From the UHGV virus genome UHGV-0130646: a DNA stretch of 18,996 nt; one strand, written 5' to 3'. Each line of letters starts with the position of its first letter. The stretch's first letter is position 1. Below are positions 7,311 through 16,861 of the stretch, piece after piece. Both the position numbers and the translations under genes were made by a program. This DNA is from a virus. The notes under the pieces are model-generated. The model did not search any database. It was not told where the DNA came from and saw nothing but the letters and a program-made list of their open reading frames with translations.

Positions 7311-8045
7311 ATGTCTGACAACACCATCCCTGAATATCTGCAACCCGCACTGGCACAACTGGAAAAGGCCAGAGCCGCTCATCTTGAGAACGCCCGCCTG
7401 ATGGATGAGACCGTCACGGCCATTGAACGGGCAGAGCAGGAAAAAAATGCGCTGACGCAGGCCGACGGAAACGACGCTGACGACTGGCGCACGGCCTTTC
7501 GTGCAGCCGGTGGTGTCCTGAGCGACGAGCTGAAACAGCGCCACATTGAGCGCGTGGCACGCCGGGAGCTGGTACAGGAATATGACAATCTGGCCGTGGT
7601 GCTGAATTTTGAACGCGAACGCCTGAAAGGGGCGTGTGACAGCACGGCCACCGCCTACCGGAAGGCACATCATCACCTTCTGAGTCTGTATGCAGAGCAT
7701 GAGCTGGAACACGCCCTGAATGAAACCTGTGAGGCGCTTGTCCGGGCAATGCATCTGAGCATTCTGGTACAGGAAAATCCGCTCGCCAACACCACCGGCC
7801 ATCAGGGCTACGTCGCACCGGAAAAGGCTGTCATGCAGCAGGTGAAATCATCGCTGGAACAGAAAATTAAACAGATGCAAATCAGTCTCACCGGCGAGCC
7901 GGTTCTCCGGCTGACCGGACTGTCAGCGGCAACACTCCCGCACATGGATTATGAGGTGGCAGGCACACCGGCACAGCGCAAGGTGTGGCAGGACAAAATA
8001 GACCAGCAGGGTGCAGAGCTTAAGGCCAGAGGACTGCTGTCATGA
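7311..8045 (+). CDS. sid: Capsid size determination protein Sid (external scaffold)
   Basis: 244 aa from the ATG at 7311 (GAGGAG 6 nt upstream); the ORF track's GTG at 7293 is probably not the start. Coiled-coil-rich translation; stop overlaps the delta start. Length matches P4 Sid. Confidence 0.88.
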   Translation: MSDNTIPEYLQPALAQLEKARAAHLENARLMDETVTAIERAEQEKNALTQADGNDADDWRTAFRAAGGVLSDELKQRHIERVARRELVQEYDNLAVVLNFERERLKGACDSTATAYRKAHHHLLSLYAEHELEHALNETCEALVRAMHLSILVQENPLANTTGHQGYVAPEKAVMQQVKSSLEQKIKQMQISLTGEPVLRLTGLSAATLPHMDYEVAGTPAQRKVWQDKIDQQGAELKARGLLS

Positions 8046-8542
8046 TTTACTGCCCGTCGTGTGGACATGTTGCTCACACCCGTCGCGCACATTTCATGGA
8101 CGATGGCACCAAGATAATGATTGCACAGTGCCGGAATATTTATTGCTCTGCGACATTTGAAGCGAGTGAAAGCTTTTTCTCTGACTGTAAAGATTCAGGA
8201 ATGGAATACATTTCAGGCAAACAGAGATACCGCGATTCACTGACTTCTGCCTCCGGCAGTATGAAACGCCCGAAAAGAATGCTTGTTACCGGATATTGTT
8301 GTCGGAGATGTAAAGGCCTTGCACTGTCAAGAACATCGCGGCGTCTGTCTCAGGAAGTCACCGAACGTTTTTATGTGTGCACGGATCCGGGCTGTGGTCT
8401 GGTGTTTAAAACGCTTCAGACCATCAACCGCTTCATTGTCCGCCCGGTCACACCGGACGAACTGGCAGAACACCTGCATGAAAAACAGGAACTGCCGCCA
8501 GTACGGTTAAAAACACAATCATATTCGCTGCGTCTGGAATGA
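8042..8542 (+). CDS. delta: Late-gene transcriptional activator Delta (tandem Ogr-type zinc finger)
   Basis: 166 aa with two Ogr-like Cys4 halves (CPSCG...C..YC and CCRRC...CTDPGC). Length matches P4 Delta. Confidence 0.88.
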   Translation: MIYCPSCGHVAHTRRAHFMDDGTKIMIAQCRNIYCSATFEASESFFSDCKDSGMEYISGKQRYRDSLTSASGSMKRPKRMLVTGYCCRRCKGLALSRTSRRLSQEVTERFYVCTDPGCGLVFKTLQTINRFIVRPVTPDELAEHLHEKQELPPVRLKTQSYSLRLE

Positions 8543-8615
8543 GGGCTGCCGGTTAACACCGGCCGTCGCCGCACACCGTATTTTTATTCTTCAGCATGAT
8601 GAGAAAGAGATAACG

Positions 8616-9188
8616 ATGGAAAGCACAGCCTTACAGCAGGCCTTTGACACCTGTCAGAATAACAAAGCAGCATGGCTGCAACACAAAAATGAGCTGGCAG
8701 CGGCCGAACAGGAATACCTGCGGCTTCTGTCAGGAGAAGGCAGAAACGTCAGTCGCCTGGACGAATTACGCAATATTATCGAAGTCAGAAAATGGCAGGT
8801 GAATCAGGCCGCCAGTCGTTATATTCGTTCGCATGAAGCCGTTCAGCACATCAGCATCCGCGACCGGCTGAATGATTTTATGCAGCAGCACGGCACAGCA
8901 CTGGCGGCGGCACTGGCACCGGAGCTGATGGGCTACAGTGAGCTGACGGCCATTGCCCGAAACTGTGCCATACAGCGTGCCACAGATGCCCTGCGTGAAG
9001 CCCTTCTGTCCTGGCTTGCGAAGGGGGAAAAAATTAATTATTCCGCACAGGATAGCGACATTTTAACGACCATCGGATTCAGGCCTGACGCGGCTTCGGT
9101 GGATGACAGCCGTGAAAAATTCACCCCTGCGCAGAACATGATTTTTTCGCGTAAAAGTGCGCAACTGGCATCACATCAGTCTGTGTAA
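8616..9188 (+). CDS. psu: Polarity suppression / capsid decoration protein Psu
   Basis: 190 aa; N-terminus MESTALQQAFDTCQNNKAAWLQ matches my recollection of P4 Psu. Last gene before cos. Confidence 0.88.
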   Translation: MESTALQQAFDTCQNNKAAWLQHKNELAAAEQEYLRLLSGEGRNVSRLDELRNIIEVRKWQVNQAASRYIRSHEAVQHISIRDRLNDFMQQHGTALAAALAPELMGYSELTAIARNCAIQRATDALREALLSWLAKGEKINYSAQDSDILTTIGFRPDAASVDDSREKFTPAQNMIFSRKSAQLASHQSV

Positions 9189-9230
9189 AATTCCCCGAAA
9201 ATCCGCCCGTTTTTACTGAAAAAAGCCATG

Positions 9231-9265
9231 CATCGATAAGGTGCATGGCTTTGCATGCGTTTTCC
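9231..9265 (+). terminator. Rho-independent terminator downstream of psu
   Basis: GCCATGCA (9235-9242), 9-nt loop, TGCATGGC (9252-9259), followed by TTTGCATGCGTTTT. Confidence 0.55.
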
Positions 9266-9352
9266 TGCCTCATTTTCTGCAGACCGCGCCATTCCCGGCG
9301 CGGCCTGAGCGTGTCAGTGCAACTGCATTGAAACCGCCCCGCAAAGCGGGCG

Positions 9353-9371
9353 GGCGAGGCGGGGAAAGCAC
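9353..9371. other. cos site: 19-nt P2/P4 cohesive-end sequence
   Basis: GGCGAGGCGGGGAAAGCAC matches the P2/P4 cohesive end as I recall it. It is uninterrupted, so this is a cos junction and not a mature genome end. Confidence 0.8.
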
Positions 9372-9502
9372 TGCGCGCTGGCGGTGGTGCTGATTTTATT
9401 TTTTAGCGTCTCAGCGCGTCGTGATGGCGTTTAGATTGTGCGCCGGGGCGTTGGTGTGTCTGCGGGCTGTTTTGTGCGGTGGTGAGCGTGTGAGGGCGTG
9501 AT

Positions 9503-9524
9503 GACGGGGTGTAAAAAAGCCGCC
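9503..9524 (-). terminator. Rho-independent terminator downstream of Q (minus strand)
   Basis: GCCGCC / GGCGGC stem (9509-9524) followed on the minus strand by T6 (plus-strand A-run 9503-9508). Confidence 0.5.
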
Positions 9525-9539
9525 CGCAGGCGGCGATGT

Positions 9540-10574
9540 TCAGCCGTTGTCAGTGTCCAGTGAGTAGTTTTTAAAGCGGATGACCTCCTGACCGAGCCAG
9601 CCGTTTATTTCCCGAATCCTGTCCTGTAACGGGATAAGCTCATTGCGGACAAAGACCTTTGCCACTTTCTCAATATCGCCCAGCGACCCGACGTTCTCCG
9701 GCTTGCCGCCCATCAACTGAAAGGGGATGCGGTGCGCGTCCAGCAGGTCTGCGGCACTGGCTTTTTTGATATTAAAAAAATCGTCCTTCGTCGCCACTTC
9801 ACTGAGCGGGATAATTTTGATGCCGTCTGGCTTTCCCTGTGGTGCATAGAGAAACAGATTATTAAAGTTATTGCGTCCTTTCGACCTGGCCATGTTTTCG
9901 CGAAGTGAGTCAATGTAATCGCGATCCTGCAATGCGTCAGTGATATACATGATATATCCGGCATGTGCGCCGTTTTCGTAATACTTGCGGCGGAACAGCG
10001 TGGCCGACTCATTCAGCCAGGCGGAGTTAAGGGCGCTGAGATATTCCGGCAGGCCGTACAGCTCCTGATTAATATCAGGCTCCAGCAGGTGAAACACGGA
10101 GCCGGGCGCGAAGGCTGTCGGCTCGTTGAAGGACGGCACCCACCAGTAAACATCCTCTTCCACGCCACGACGGGTATATTTTGCCGGTGAGGTTTCCAGT
10201 CTGATGATCTTACCGGTAGTGCTGTAACGCTTTTCCAGAAACGCATTACCGAACACCAGAAAATCCAGCACAAAGCGGCTGAAATCCTGCTGGGAAAGCC
10301 ACGGGTGCGGGATAAACGTTGAGGCCAGAATATTACGTTTGACGTAAATCGGTGAGCTGTGATGCACGGCAGCACGCAGGCTTTTTGCCAGACCGGTAAA
10401 GCTGATTGGTGGCTCATACCATCTGCCGTTACTGATGCACTCGACATAATCCAGAATGTCACGGCGGTCGAGTACCGGCACCGGCTCACCAAAGGTGAAT
10501 GCCGCCATTTTCGGGGCGCTGGCGGTCATTTTTTTTGCCGCAGGTTGCGGTGTTTTCCCTTTTTTCTTGCTCAT
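9540..10574 (-). CDS. Q: Portal protein (P2 gpQ type)
   Basis: 344 aa, same length as P2 Q, with a lysine-rich N-terminus. Start overlaps the P stop in a TGATG arrangement. Confidence 0.9.
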   Translation of the reverse strand: MSKKKGKTPQPAAKKMTASAPKMAAFTFGEPVPVLDRRDILDYVECISNGRWYEPPISFTGLAKSLRAAVHHSSPIYVKRNILASTFIPHPWLSQQDFSRFVLDFLVFGNAFLEKRYSTTGKIIRLETSPAKYTRRGVEEDVYWWVPSFNEPTAFAPGSVFHLLEPDINQELYGLPEYLSALNSAWLNESATLFRRKYYENGAHAGYIMYITDALQDRDYIDSLRENMARSKGRNNFNNLFLYAPQGKPDGIKIIPLSEVATKDDFFNIKKASAADLLDAHRIPFQLMGGKPENVGSLGDIEKVAKVFVRNELIPLQDRIREINGWLGQEVIRFKNYSLDTDNG

Positions 10575-12346
10575 CAGTAAAACTCCAGAATGGTGGATGT
10601 CAGCGGGGTGCTGATACCGGCGGTGAGTGGCTCATTTAACAGGGCGTGCATGGTCGCCCAGGCGAGGTCGGCGTGGCTGGCTTCCTCGCTGCGGCTGGCC
10701 TCATAGGTGGCGCTGCGCCCGCTGCTGGTCATGGTCTTGCGGATAGCCATAAACGAGCTGGTGATGTCGGTGGCGCTGACGTCGTATTCCAGACAGCCAC
10801 GGCGGATAACGTCTTTTGCCTTGAGCACCATTGCGGTTTTCATTTCCGGCGTGTAGCGGATGTCGCGCGCGGCGGGATAGAACGAGCGCACGAGCTGGAA
10901 CACGCCGACACCGAGGCCGGTGGCATCAATACCGATGTATTCGACGTTGTATTTTTCGGTGAGTTTGCGGATGGATTCAGCCTGGGTGGCAAAGTCCATG
11001 CCTTTCCACTGGTGACGCTCAAGTATTCTGAATTTGCCACCGGCCACCACCGGCGGTGCCAGCACCACGCATCCGGCGCTGTCGCCACGGTGTGACGGGT
11101 CGTAACCAATCCATACCGGGCGGGAGCCGAACGGATTCGCGGCAAACGGCGCATAGTCTTCCCATTCTTCCAGCGTGTCGACCATGCAGCGTTGCAGCTC
11201 CTCGAACGGGAACACCGACGCCTTGTCGTCAACAAATTCACACATGAACAGGTTTTTAAAATCGTCGGCGCTGTTTTCGCGTTTAAGCTGCTCAATGTCG
11301 AACAGCGTGCAGCCGCCTTTCAGGGCGTCCTCAATGGTGACAATCTGCCGCCACTGGCCGTCCGCACAGAGAAGCCCACCGGCAAGGGCGTTATGACTGA
11401 CGTCGATTTCCACGCGTTCGGCGGCGCTGGCGCGTCCCCGGTTGAACAGTTCACCCGACCAGAACGGATAGGCGTCGTGCGCCAGCGTGGACGGGGTGGA
11501 GAAATAGGTCGAGCGCAGGTGACTCTGTGAGGCCATACCTGATGCCACCTTACGCAGTACCTGAAAATTCGGGATCCAGAAAATCTCATCGACGTACAGG
11601 TCGCCGTTATGGCTCTGCGCGGTGTTGGAGTTGGTGCCGAGAAAAATCAGTTTTGCGCCGTTATTGCCCAGGACAATCGGGTCACCGGTCAGGTCAACGT
11701 CAACCAGCCGGGCAAAGGCGATGATGTATTCGCGGAACACATACGCCTGCGTTTTACTGGCCGACAGAAAAATCTGGTTATGACCGGTTTTCAGGGCGCG
11801 CAGCAGCGCCTCGCGGGAAAAATAAAACGTCGCGCCAATCTGGCGGGATTTCAGGATATCGCGGATACGGTGCTCAAGCCCGGCGCGATACCAGTGCAAC
11901 TGATATTCGAAAGACTGCTCAAAGAAAATCTGCTCCAGCTTTTCGATAGCCTCGTCACTGAAAAAATTCTTTTTCGGTTTGCGACGCCCGCCTTTGTTGC
12001 GGTTAGCGACGTTCGGATTAAGGTCTGCCTCGTTGCCGGTCTGACTGTAGCGGTTGACCCGCGCCAGCCGTTCAATCTGGCGTCCCAGCAGGTCAATTTC
12101 CTTGAAGTCACCGCCGGTTTTCTGCGGTTTGATGATGAGCTGGGTCAGCCGCGCTTCCAGACTCATTTCGACACGGCTGATGGGGGCAACGCTGTCCCAG
12201 CCGTCGCGCTGTTTCCAGCTCTGCACCGTCGGGCGTTTCATCTGCAACATGGCGGCAATCTGCGGCACGGAAAATCCCTGCCAGTACAGCAGCGCCGCCT
12301 GACGACGCGGGTCGTGTAAAAGAGTGGTGTCTGTGGTGATGGTCAT
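10574..12346 (-). CDS. P: Terminase large (ATPase) subunit (P2 gpP type)
   Basis: 590 aa from the internal ATG at 12346 (MTITTDTTLL..., GAGGT upstream), matching P2 P; the ORF track's 600-aa start is probably too far upstream. Confidence 0.9.
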   Translation of the reverse strand: MTITTDTTLLHDPRRQAALLYWQGFSVPQIAAMLQMKRPTVQSWKQRDGWDSVAPISRVEMSLEARLTQLIIKPQKTGGDFKEIDLLGRQIERLARVNRYSQTGNEADLNPNVANRNKGGRRKPKKNFFSDEAIEKLEQIFFEQSFEYQLHWYRAGLEHRIRDILKSRQIGATFYFSREALLRALKTGHNQIFLSASKTQAYVFREYIIAFARLVDVDLTGDPIVLGNNGAKLIFLGTNSNTAQSHNGDLYVDEIFWIPNFQVLRKVASGMASQSHLRSTYFSTPSTLAHDAYPFWSGELFNRGRASAAERVEIDVSHNALAGGLLCADGQWRQIVTIEDALKGGCTLFDIEQLKRENSADDFKNLFMCEFVDDKASVFPFEELQRCMVDTLEEWEDYAPFAANPFGSRPVWIGYDPSHRGDSAGCVVLAPPVVAGGKFRILERHQWKGMDFATQAESIRKLTEKYNVEYIGIDATGLGVGVFQLVRSFYPAARDIRYTPEMKTAMVLKAKDVIRRGCLEYDVSATDITSSFMAIRKTMTSSGRSATYEASRSEEASHADLAWATMHALLNEPLTAGISTPLTSTILEFY

Positions 12347-12519
12347 GAATACCTCGCCGTGATGAATACACGGCAAGGCTACTGAGTCGCGCCCCGCGAT
12401 TCGCTAAGGTGCTGTTGTGTCAGTGATAAGCCATCCGGGACTGATGGCGGAGGATGCGCATCGTCGGGAAACTGATGCCGACATGTGACTCCTCTAATCA
12501 CTATTCAGGACTCCTGACA
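12347..12519. promoter_or_regulatory. Divergent late promoter region (PP / PO type)
   Basis: 173-bp gap between the divergent P and O starts, as in P2. I did not find a perfect TGT-N12-ACA here, so the call is positional only. Confidence 0.45.
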
Positions 12520-13374
12520 ATGGCAAAAAAAGTCTCAAAATTCTTTCGTATCGGCGTTGAGGGTGACACCTGTGACGGGCGTGTCATCAGTGCGCAGGAT
12601 ATTCAGGAAATGGCCGAAACCTTTGACCCGCGAGTCTATGGTTGCCGCATTAACCTGGAACATCTGCGCGGCATCCTGCCTGACGGTATTTTTAAGCGTT
12701 ATGGCGATGTGGTCGAACTGAAGGCCGAAAAGATTGACGATGATTCGGCGCTGAAAGGCAAATGGGCGCTGTTTGCGAAAATCACCCCGACCGATGACCT
12801 TATCGCGATGAACAAGGCCGCGCAGAAGGTCTATACCTCAATGGAAATTCAGCCGAACTTTGCCAATACCGGCAAATGTTATCTGGTGGGTCTGGCCGTC
12901 ACCGATGACCCGGCAAGCCTCGGCACGGAATACCTGGAATTCTGCCGCACGGCAAAACACAACCCCCTGAACCGCTTCAAATTAAGCCCTGAAAACCTGA
13001 TTTCAGTGGCAACGCCCGTTGAGCTGGAATTTGAAGACCTGCCTGAAACCGTGTTCACCGCCCTGACCGAAAAGGTGAAATCCATTTTTGGCCGCAAACA
13101 GGCCAGCGATGACGCCCGTCTGAATGACGTGCATGAAGCGGTGACCGCTGTTGCTGAACATGTGCAGGAAAAACTGAGCGCCACTGAGCAGCGCCTCGCT
13201 GAGATGGAAACCGCCTTTTCCGCACTTAAGCAGGATGTGACTGACAGGGCGGATGAAACCAGCCAGGCATTCACCCGCCTGAAAAACAGTCTCGACCACA
13301 CCGAAAGTCTGACCCAGCAGCGCCGCAGCAAGGCCACCGGTGGTGGCGGTGACGCCCTGATGACGAACTGCTGA
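12520..13374 (+). CDS. O: Capsid scaffolding protein (P2 gpO type)
   Basis: 284 aa from the ATG at 12520 (MAKKVSKFFRIGVEGDT...), matching P2 O; the ORF track's upstream start at 12454 is probably wrong. Confidence 0.88.
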   Translation: MAKKVSKFFRIGVEGDTCDGRVISAQDIQEMAETFDPRVYGCRINLEHLRGILPDGIFKRYGDVVELKAEKIDDDSALKGKWALFAKITPTDDLIAMNKAAQKVYTSMEIQPNFANTGKCYLVGLAVTDDPASLGTEYLEFCRTAKHNPLNRFKLSPENLISVATPVELEFEDLPETVFTALTEKVKSIFGRKQASDDARLNDVHEAVTAVAEHVQEKLSATEQRLAEMETAFSALKQDVTDRADETSQAFTRLKNSLDHTESLTQQRRSKATGGGGDALMTNC

Positions 13375-13432
13375 CCGGCGTCAGTCAGTCCGGGAAAACC
13401 TTCACGATTAACCCTTAATTTCAGGAAAAACT

Positions 13433-14506
13433 ATGCGCCAGGAAACCCGCTTTAAATTTAATGCCTACCTGTCCCGTGTTGCCGAACTGAACGGCATCGA
13501 CGCCGGTGATGTGTCGAAAAAATTCACCGTTGAACCGTCGGTCACCCAGACCCTGATGAACACCATGCAGGAGTCCTCTGATTTTCTGACCCGCATCAAC
13601 ATTGTGCCGGTCAGCGAAATGAAAGGGGAAAAAATTGGTATTGGTGTCACCGGCTCCATCGCCAGCACCACAGACACCGCCGGTGGCACCGAGCGTCAGC
13701 CGAAGGACTTCTCGAAGCTGGCGTCAAACAAGTACGAATGCGACCAGATTAACTTCGATTTTTATATCCGCTACAAAACGCTGGACCTGTGGGCGCGTTA
13801 TCAGGATTTCCAGCTCCGTATCCGTAACGCCATTATCAAACGCCAGTCCCTTGATTTCATCATGGCCGGTTTTAACGGCGTGAAGCGTGCCGAAACCTCT
13901 GACCGCAGCAGCAATCCGATGCTGCAGGATGTGGCGGTCGGCTGGCTGCAGAAATACCGCAATGAAGCCCCGGCGCGCGTGATGAGCAAGGTCACTGACG
14001 AGGAAGGCCGCACCACCTCTGAGGTTATCCGCGTGGGTAAGGGCGGTGATTATGCCAGCCTTGATGCACTGGTGATGGATGCGACCAACAACCTGATTGA
14101 GCCGTGGTATCAGGAAGACCCTGACCTTGTGGTGATTGTGGGACGTCAGCTACTGGCGGACAAGTATTTTCCCATCGTCAACAAGGAGCAGGACAACAGC
14201 GAAATGCTGGCCGCTGACGTCATCATCAGCCAGAAACGCATCGGTAACCTGCCGGCGGTACGCGTCCCGTACTTCCCGGCGGATGCGATGCTCATCACGA
14301 AGCTGGAAAACCTGTCCATCTACTACATGGATGACAGCCATCGCCGCGTGATTGTGGAAAACCCGAAACTCGACCGCGTGGAGAACTACGAGTCAATGAA
14401 CATTGATTACGTGGTGGAGGACTACGCCGCCGGTTGTCTGGTGGAAAAAATTAAGGTCGGTGATTTCTCCACACCGGCTAAAGCGACCGCAGAGCCGGGA
14501 GCGTAA
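13433..14506 (+). CDS. N: Major capsid protein (P2 gpN type)
   Basis: 357 aa, same length and position as P2 N. Confidence 0.9.
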   Translation: MRQETRFKFNAYLSRVAELNGIDAGDVSKKFTVEPSVTQTLMNTMQESSDFLTRINIVPVSEMKGEKIGIGVTGSIASTTDTAGGTERQPKDFSKLASNKYECDQINFDFYIRYKTLDLWARYQDFQLRIRNAIIKRQSLDFIMAGFNGVKRAETSDRSSNPMLQDVAVGWLQKYRNEAPARVMSKVTDEEGRTTSEVIRVGKGGDYASLDALVMDATNNLIEPWYQEDPDLVVIVGRQLLADKYFPIVNKEQDNSEMLAADVIISQKRIGNLPAVRVPYFPADAMLITKLENLSIYYMDDSHRRVIVENPKLDRVENYESMNIDYVVEDYAAGCLVEKIKVGDFSTPAKATAEPGA

Positions 14507-14509
14507 CCG

Positions 14510-15253
14510 ATGACGAGTCCCGCACAGCGCCACATGATGCGGGTCTCGGCAGCGATGACCGCGCAGCGGGACGCCGCCCCGCTGCGACATGCAACTGTCT
14601 ATGAGCAGATGCTGGTCAAGCTGGCCGCAGACCAGCGCACACTGAAAGCGATTTATTCAAAAGAGCTGAAGGCCGCGAAAAAACGCGAACTGCTGCCGTT
14701 CTGGTTGCCGTGGGTGAACGGCGTGCTGGAGCAGGGCAAAGGTGCACAGGATGACATTCTGATGACGGTCATGCTGTGGCGTCTGGATACCGGCGATATT
14801 GCCGGTGCGCTGGAGATTGCCCGTTATGCCCTGAAGTACGGTCTGACCATGCCGGGTAAACACCACCGCACCCCGCCGTACATGTTCACCGAGGAGGTGG
14901 CGCTTGCGGCCATGCGCGCCCACGCGGCCGGTGAGTCTGTGGATACCCGCCTGCTGACGGAGACCCTTGAACTGACTGCCGCTGCTGACATGCCTGATGA
15001 AGTGCGCGCAAAGCTGCACAAAATCACCGGTCTGTTTCTGCGTGACGCTGGTGATGCCGCAGGGGCGCTGGCGCATCTGCAACGTGCGACACAGCTCGAC
15101 TGTCAGGCAGGCGTCAAAAAAGAGATTGAACGACTGGAGCGGGAGCTGAAACCGAAGCCGGAGCCGCAGCCAAAAGCGGCCACCCGTACCCCGCGTAAGA
15201 CCCGGAGCGTGACACCGGCAAAACGTGGACGCCCGAAAAAGAAAGCCAGTTAA
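14510..15253 (+). CDS. M: Terminase small (endonuclease) subunit (P2 gpM type)
   Basis: 247 aa with a basic C-terminal tail (KRGRPKKKAS); follows N after a 3-bp gap, as in P2. Confidence 0.88.
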   Translation: MTSPAQRHMMRVSAAMTAQRDAAPLRHATVYEQMLVKLAADQRTLKAIYSKELKAAKKRELLPFWLPWVNGVLEQGKGAQDDILMTVMLWRLDTGDIAGALEIARYALKYGLTMPGKHHRTPPYMFTEEVALAAMRAHAAGESVDTRLLTETLELTAAADMPDEVRAKLHKITGLFLRDAGDAAGALAHLQRATQLDCQAGVKKEIERLERELKPKPEPQPKAATRTPRKTRSVTPAKRGRPKKKAS

Positions 15254-15352
15254 CAACCGAATGCGCCCCGCGCCAGGGCGGCACGCCGGTCAGTGAGGGT
15301 GAATCACCTGACACTGCACCGGCGTCCACCGCCCGACTTTTCAGAGGTAGTC

Positions 15353-15862
15353 ATGATGACGCTGATTATTCCGCGAAAGGAGGCTCCCGTGTCCGGTGAG
15401 GGTACGGTGGTCATCCCGCAACCGGCAGGCGACGAGCCGGTGATTAAAAACACGTTCTTTTTTCCCGATATCGACCCGAAGCGCGTCCGGGAACGTATGC
15501 GCCTTGAGCAGACCGTCGCCCCCGCCCGTCTGCGTGAGGCTATCAAGTCAGGCATGGCGGAGACAAATGCGGAGCTGTACGAGTATCGCGAACAGAAAAT
15601 TGCCGCCGGTTTTACGCGTCTGGCGGACGTCCCGGCGGACGACATCGACGGTGAAAGCATCAAAGTTTTTTACTACGAGCGCGCCGTGTGTGCGATGGCG
15701 ACCGCGTCGCTTTATGAGCGTTATCGCGGCGTGGATGCCAGTGCCAAGGGCGACAAGAAGGCCGACAGCATTGACCGCACCATTGATGAGCTGTGGCGGG
15801 ATATGCGCTGGGCAGTGGCGCGCATCCAGGACAAGCCGCGCTGCATCGTGAGTCAAATCTGA
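15353..15862 (+). CDS. L: Head completion / stabilisation protein (P2 gpL type)
   Basis: 169 aa from the ATG at 15353 (GAGGTAG upstream), matching P2 L; stop overlaps the X start. Confidence 0.85.
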   Translation: MMTLIIPRKEAPVSGEGTVVIPQPAGDEPVIKNTFFFPDIDPKRVRERMRLEQTVAPARLREAIKSGMAETNAELYEYREQKIAAGFTRLADVPADDIDGESIKVFYYERAVCAMATASLYERYRGVDASAKGDKKADSIDRTIDELWRDMRWAVARIQDKPRCIVSQI

Positions 15863-16065
15863 TGAAGACCTTTGCGCTACAGGGCGACACGCTCGACGCC
15901 ATTTGTGTCCGGTATTACGGGCGCACTGAGGGCGTGGTTGAGGCCGTGCTCGCCGCAAATCCGGGACTGGCTGAACTGGGTGCTGTGCTGCCACACGGCA
16001 CCGCCGTCGAACTGCCCGACGTTCAGACCGCGCCCGTGGCTGAAACTGTCAATCTGTGGGAGTAA
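15862..16065 (+). CDS. X: Tail protein X (P2 gpX type, LysM-like)
   Basis: 67 aa (MKTFALQGDTLDAICVRYYGRTEGVVEAVLAANPGLAELG...). Below the ORF-track threshold when counted from the correct start. Confidence 0.8.
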   Translation: MKTFALQGDTLDAICVRYYGRTEGVVEAVLAANPGLAELGAVLPHGTAVELPDVQTAPVAETVNLWE

Positions 16066-16068
16066 CGC

Positions 16069-16350
16069 ATGACAGCAGAAGAAAAAAGCGTCCTGTCGCT
16101 TTTCATGATTGGGGTGCTGATTGTTGTCGGCAAGGTGCTTGCCGGTGGTGAACCCATCACCCCGCGTCTGTTTATCGGGCGCATGTTGCTTGGTGGTTTT
16201 GTCTCGATGGTTGCCGGTGTTGTTCTGGTGCAGTTTCCTGACCTGTCACTGCCTGCGGTGTGCGGTATCGGCTCCATGCTGGGTATCGCCGGTTATCAGG
16301 TGATTGAGATTGCCATCCAGCGCCGCTTTAAGGGCAGGGGGAAACCGTAA
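16069..16350 (+). CDS. Y: Holin (P2 gpY type)
   Basis: 93 aa with hydrophobic transmembrane segments and a charged C-terminus. Confidence 0.85.
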   Translation: MTAEEKSVLSLFMIGVLIVVGKVLAGGEPITPRLFIGRMLLGGFVSMVAGVVLVQFPDLSLPAVCGIGSMLGIAGYQVIEIAIQRRFKGRGKP

Positions 16351-16847
16351 TGCCGGTTATTAACACGCATCAGAATATCGCCGCCTTTCTCGACATGCTG
16401 GCCGTGTCCGAAGGGACGGCGAATCATCCGCTGACGAAAAACCGGGGCTATGACGTGATAGTCACCGGACTGGACGGAAAGCCGGAAATTTTCACCGACT
16501 ACAGTGACCACCCGTTCGCGCATGGCCGACCGGCGAAGGTGTTTAACCGTCGCGGTGAAAAATCCACGGCCTCCGGTCGCTATCAGCAGCTTTACCTGTT
16601 CTGGCCGCACTACCGCAAACAGCTTGCCCTGCCGGATTTCAGTCCGTTGTCACAGGACAGGCTCGCCATTCAGTTGATCCGCGAACGCGGTGCACTGGAT
16701 GACATCCGGGCGGGACGCATTGAGCGCGCCATTTCACGCTGTCGCAATATCTGGGCGTCCCTGCCGGGTGCCGGTTACGGTCAGCGTGAGCATTCACTGG
16801 AAAAACTGGTCACCGTCTGGCGTACCGCCGGCGGTGTACCGGCTTAA
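16350..16847 (+). CDS. K: Endolysin (P2 gpK type)
   Basis: 165 aa, immediately after the holin; length and position match P2 K. Confidence 0.88.
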   Translation: MPVINTHQNIAAFLDMLAVSEGTANHPLTKNRGYDVIVTGLDGKPEIFTDYSDHPFAHGRPAKVFNRRGEKSTASGRYQQLYLFWPHYRKQLALPDFSPLSQDRLAIQLIRERGALDDIRAGRIERAISRCRNIWASLPGAGYGQREHSLEKLVTVWRTAGGVPA

Positions 16848-16861
16848 ACGGAGTAAACACC

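Noticed and set aside
7272-7818. Minus-strand ORFs of 176, 134 and 90 aa
   Set aside because: Antisense to sid, which has a strong RBS and a recognisable product; no RBS or conserved features of their own.
9372-9500. GT-rich stretch right of cos with GGTG/GCGTG repetition, considered as a possible repeat array or small RNA
   Set aside because: No exact periodic unit; consistent with the terminase recognition sequence flanking cos in P2-type genomes.
10646-12376. Plus- and minus-strand ORFs of 60-240 aa overlapping the terminase large subunit gene (e.g. 11609-12319, 10840-11295)
   Set aside because: Embedded in or antisense to the well-supported 590-aa P gene; spurious frames.
12454-12519. 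N-terminal extension of the scaffold ORF (MRIVGKLMPTCDSS...)
   Set aside because: The extension lies in the divergent promoter region with no RBS; the ATG at 12520 gives the expected 284-aa protein.
14657-15256. 199-aa minus-strand ORF
   Set aside because: Antisense to the terminase small subunit gene M; Arg/Gly-rich translation.
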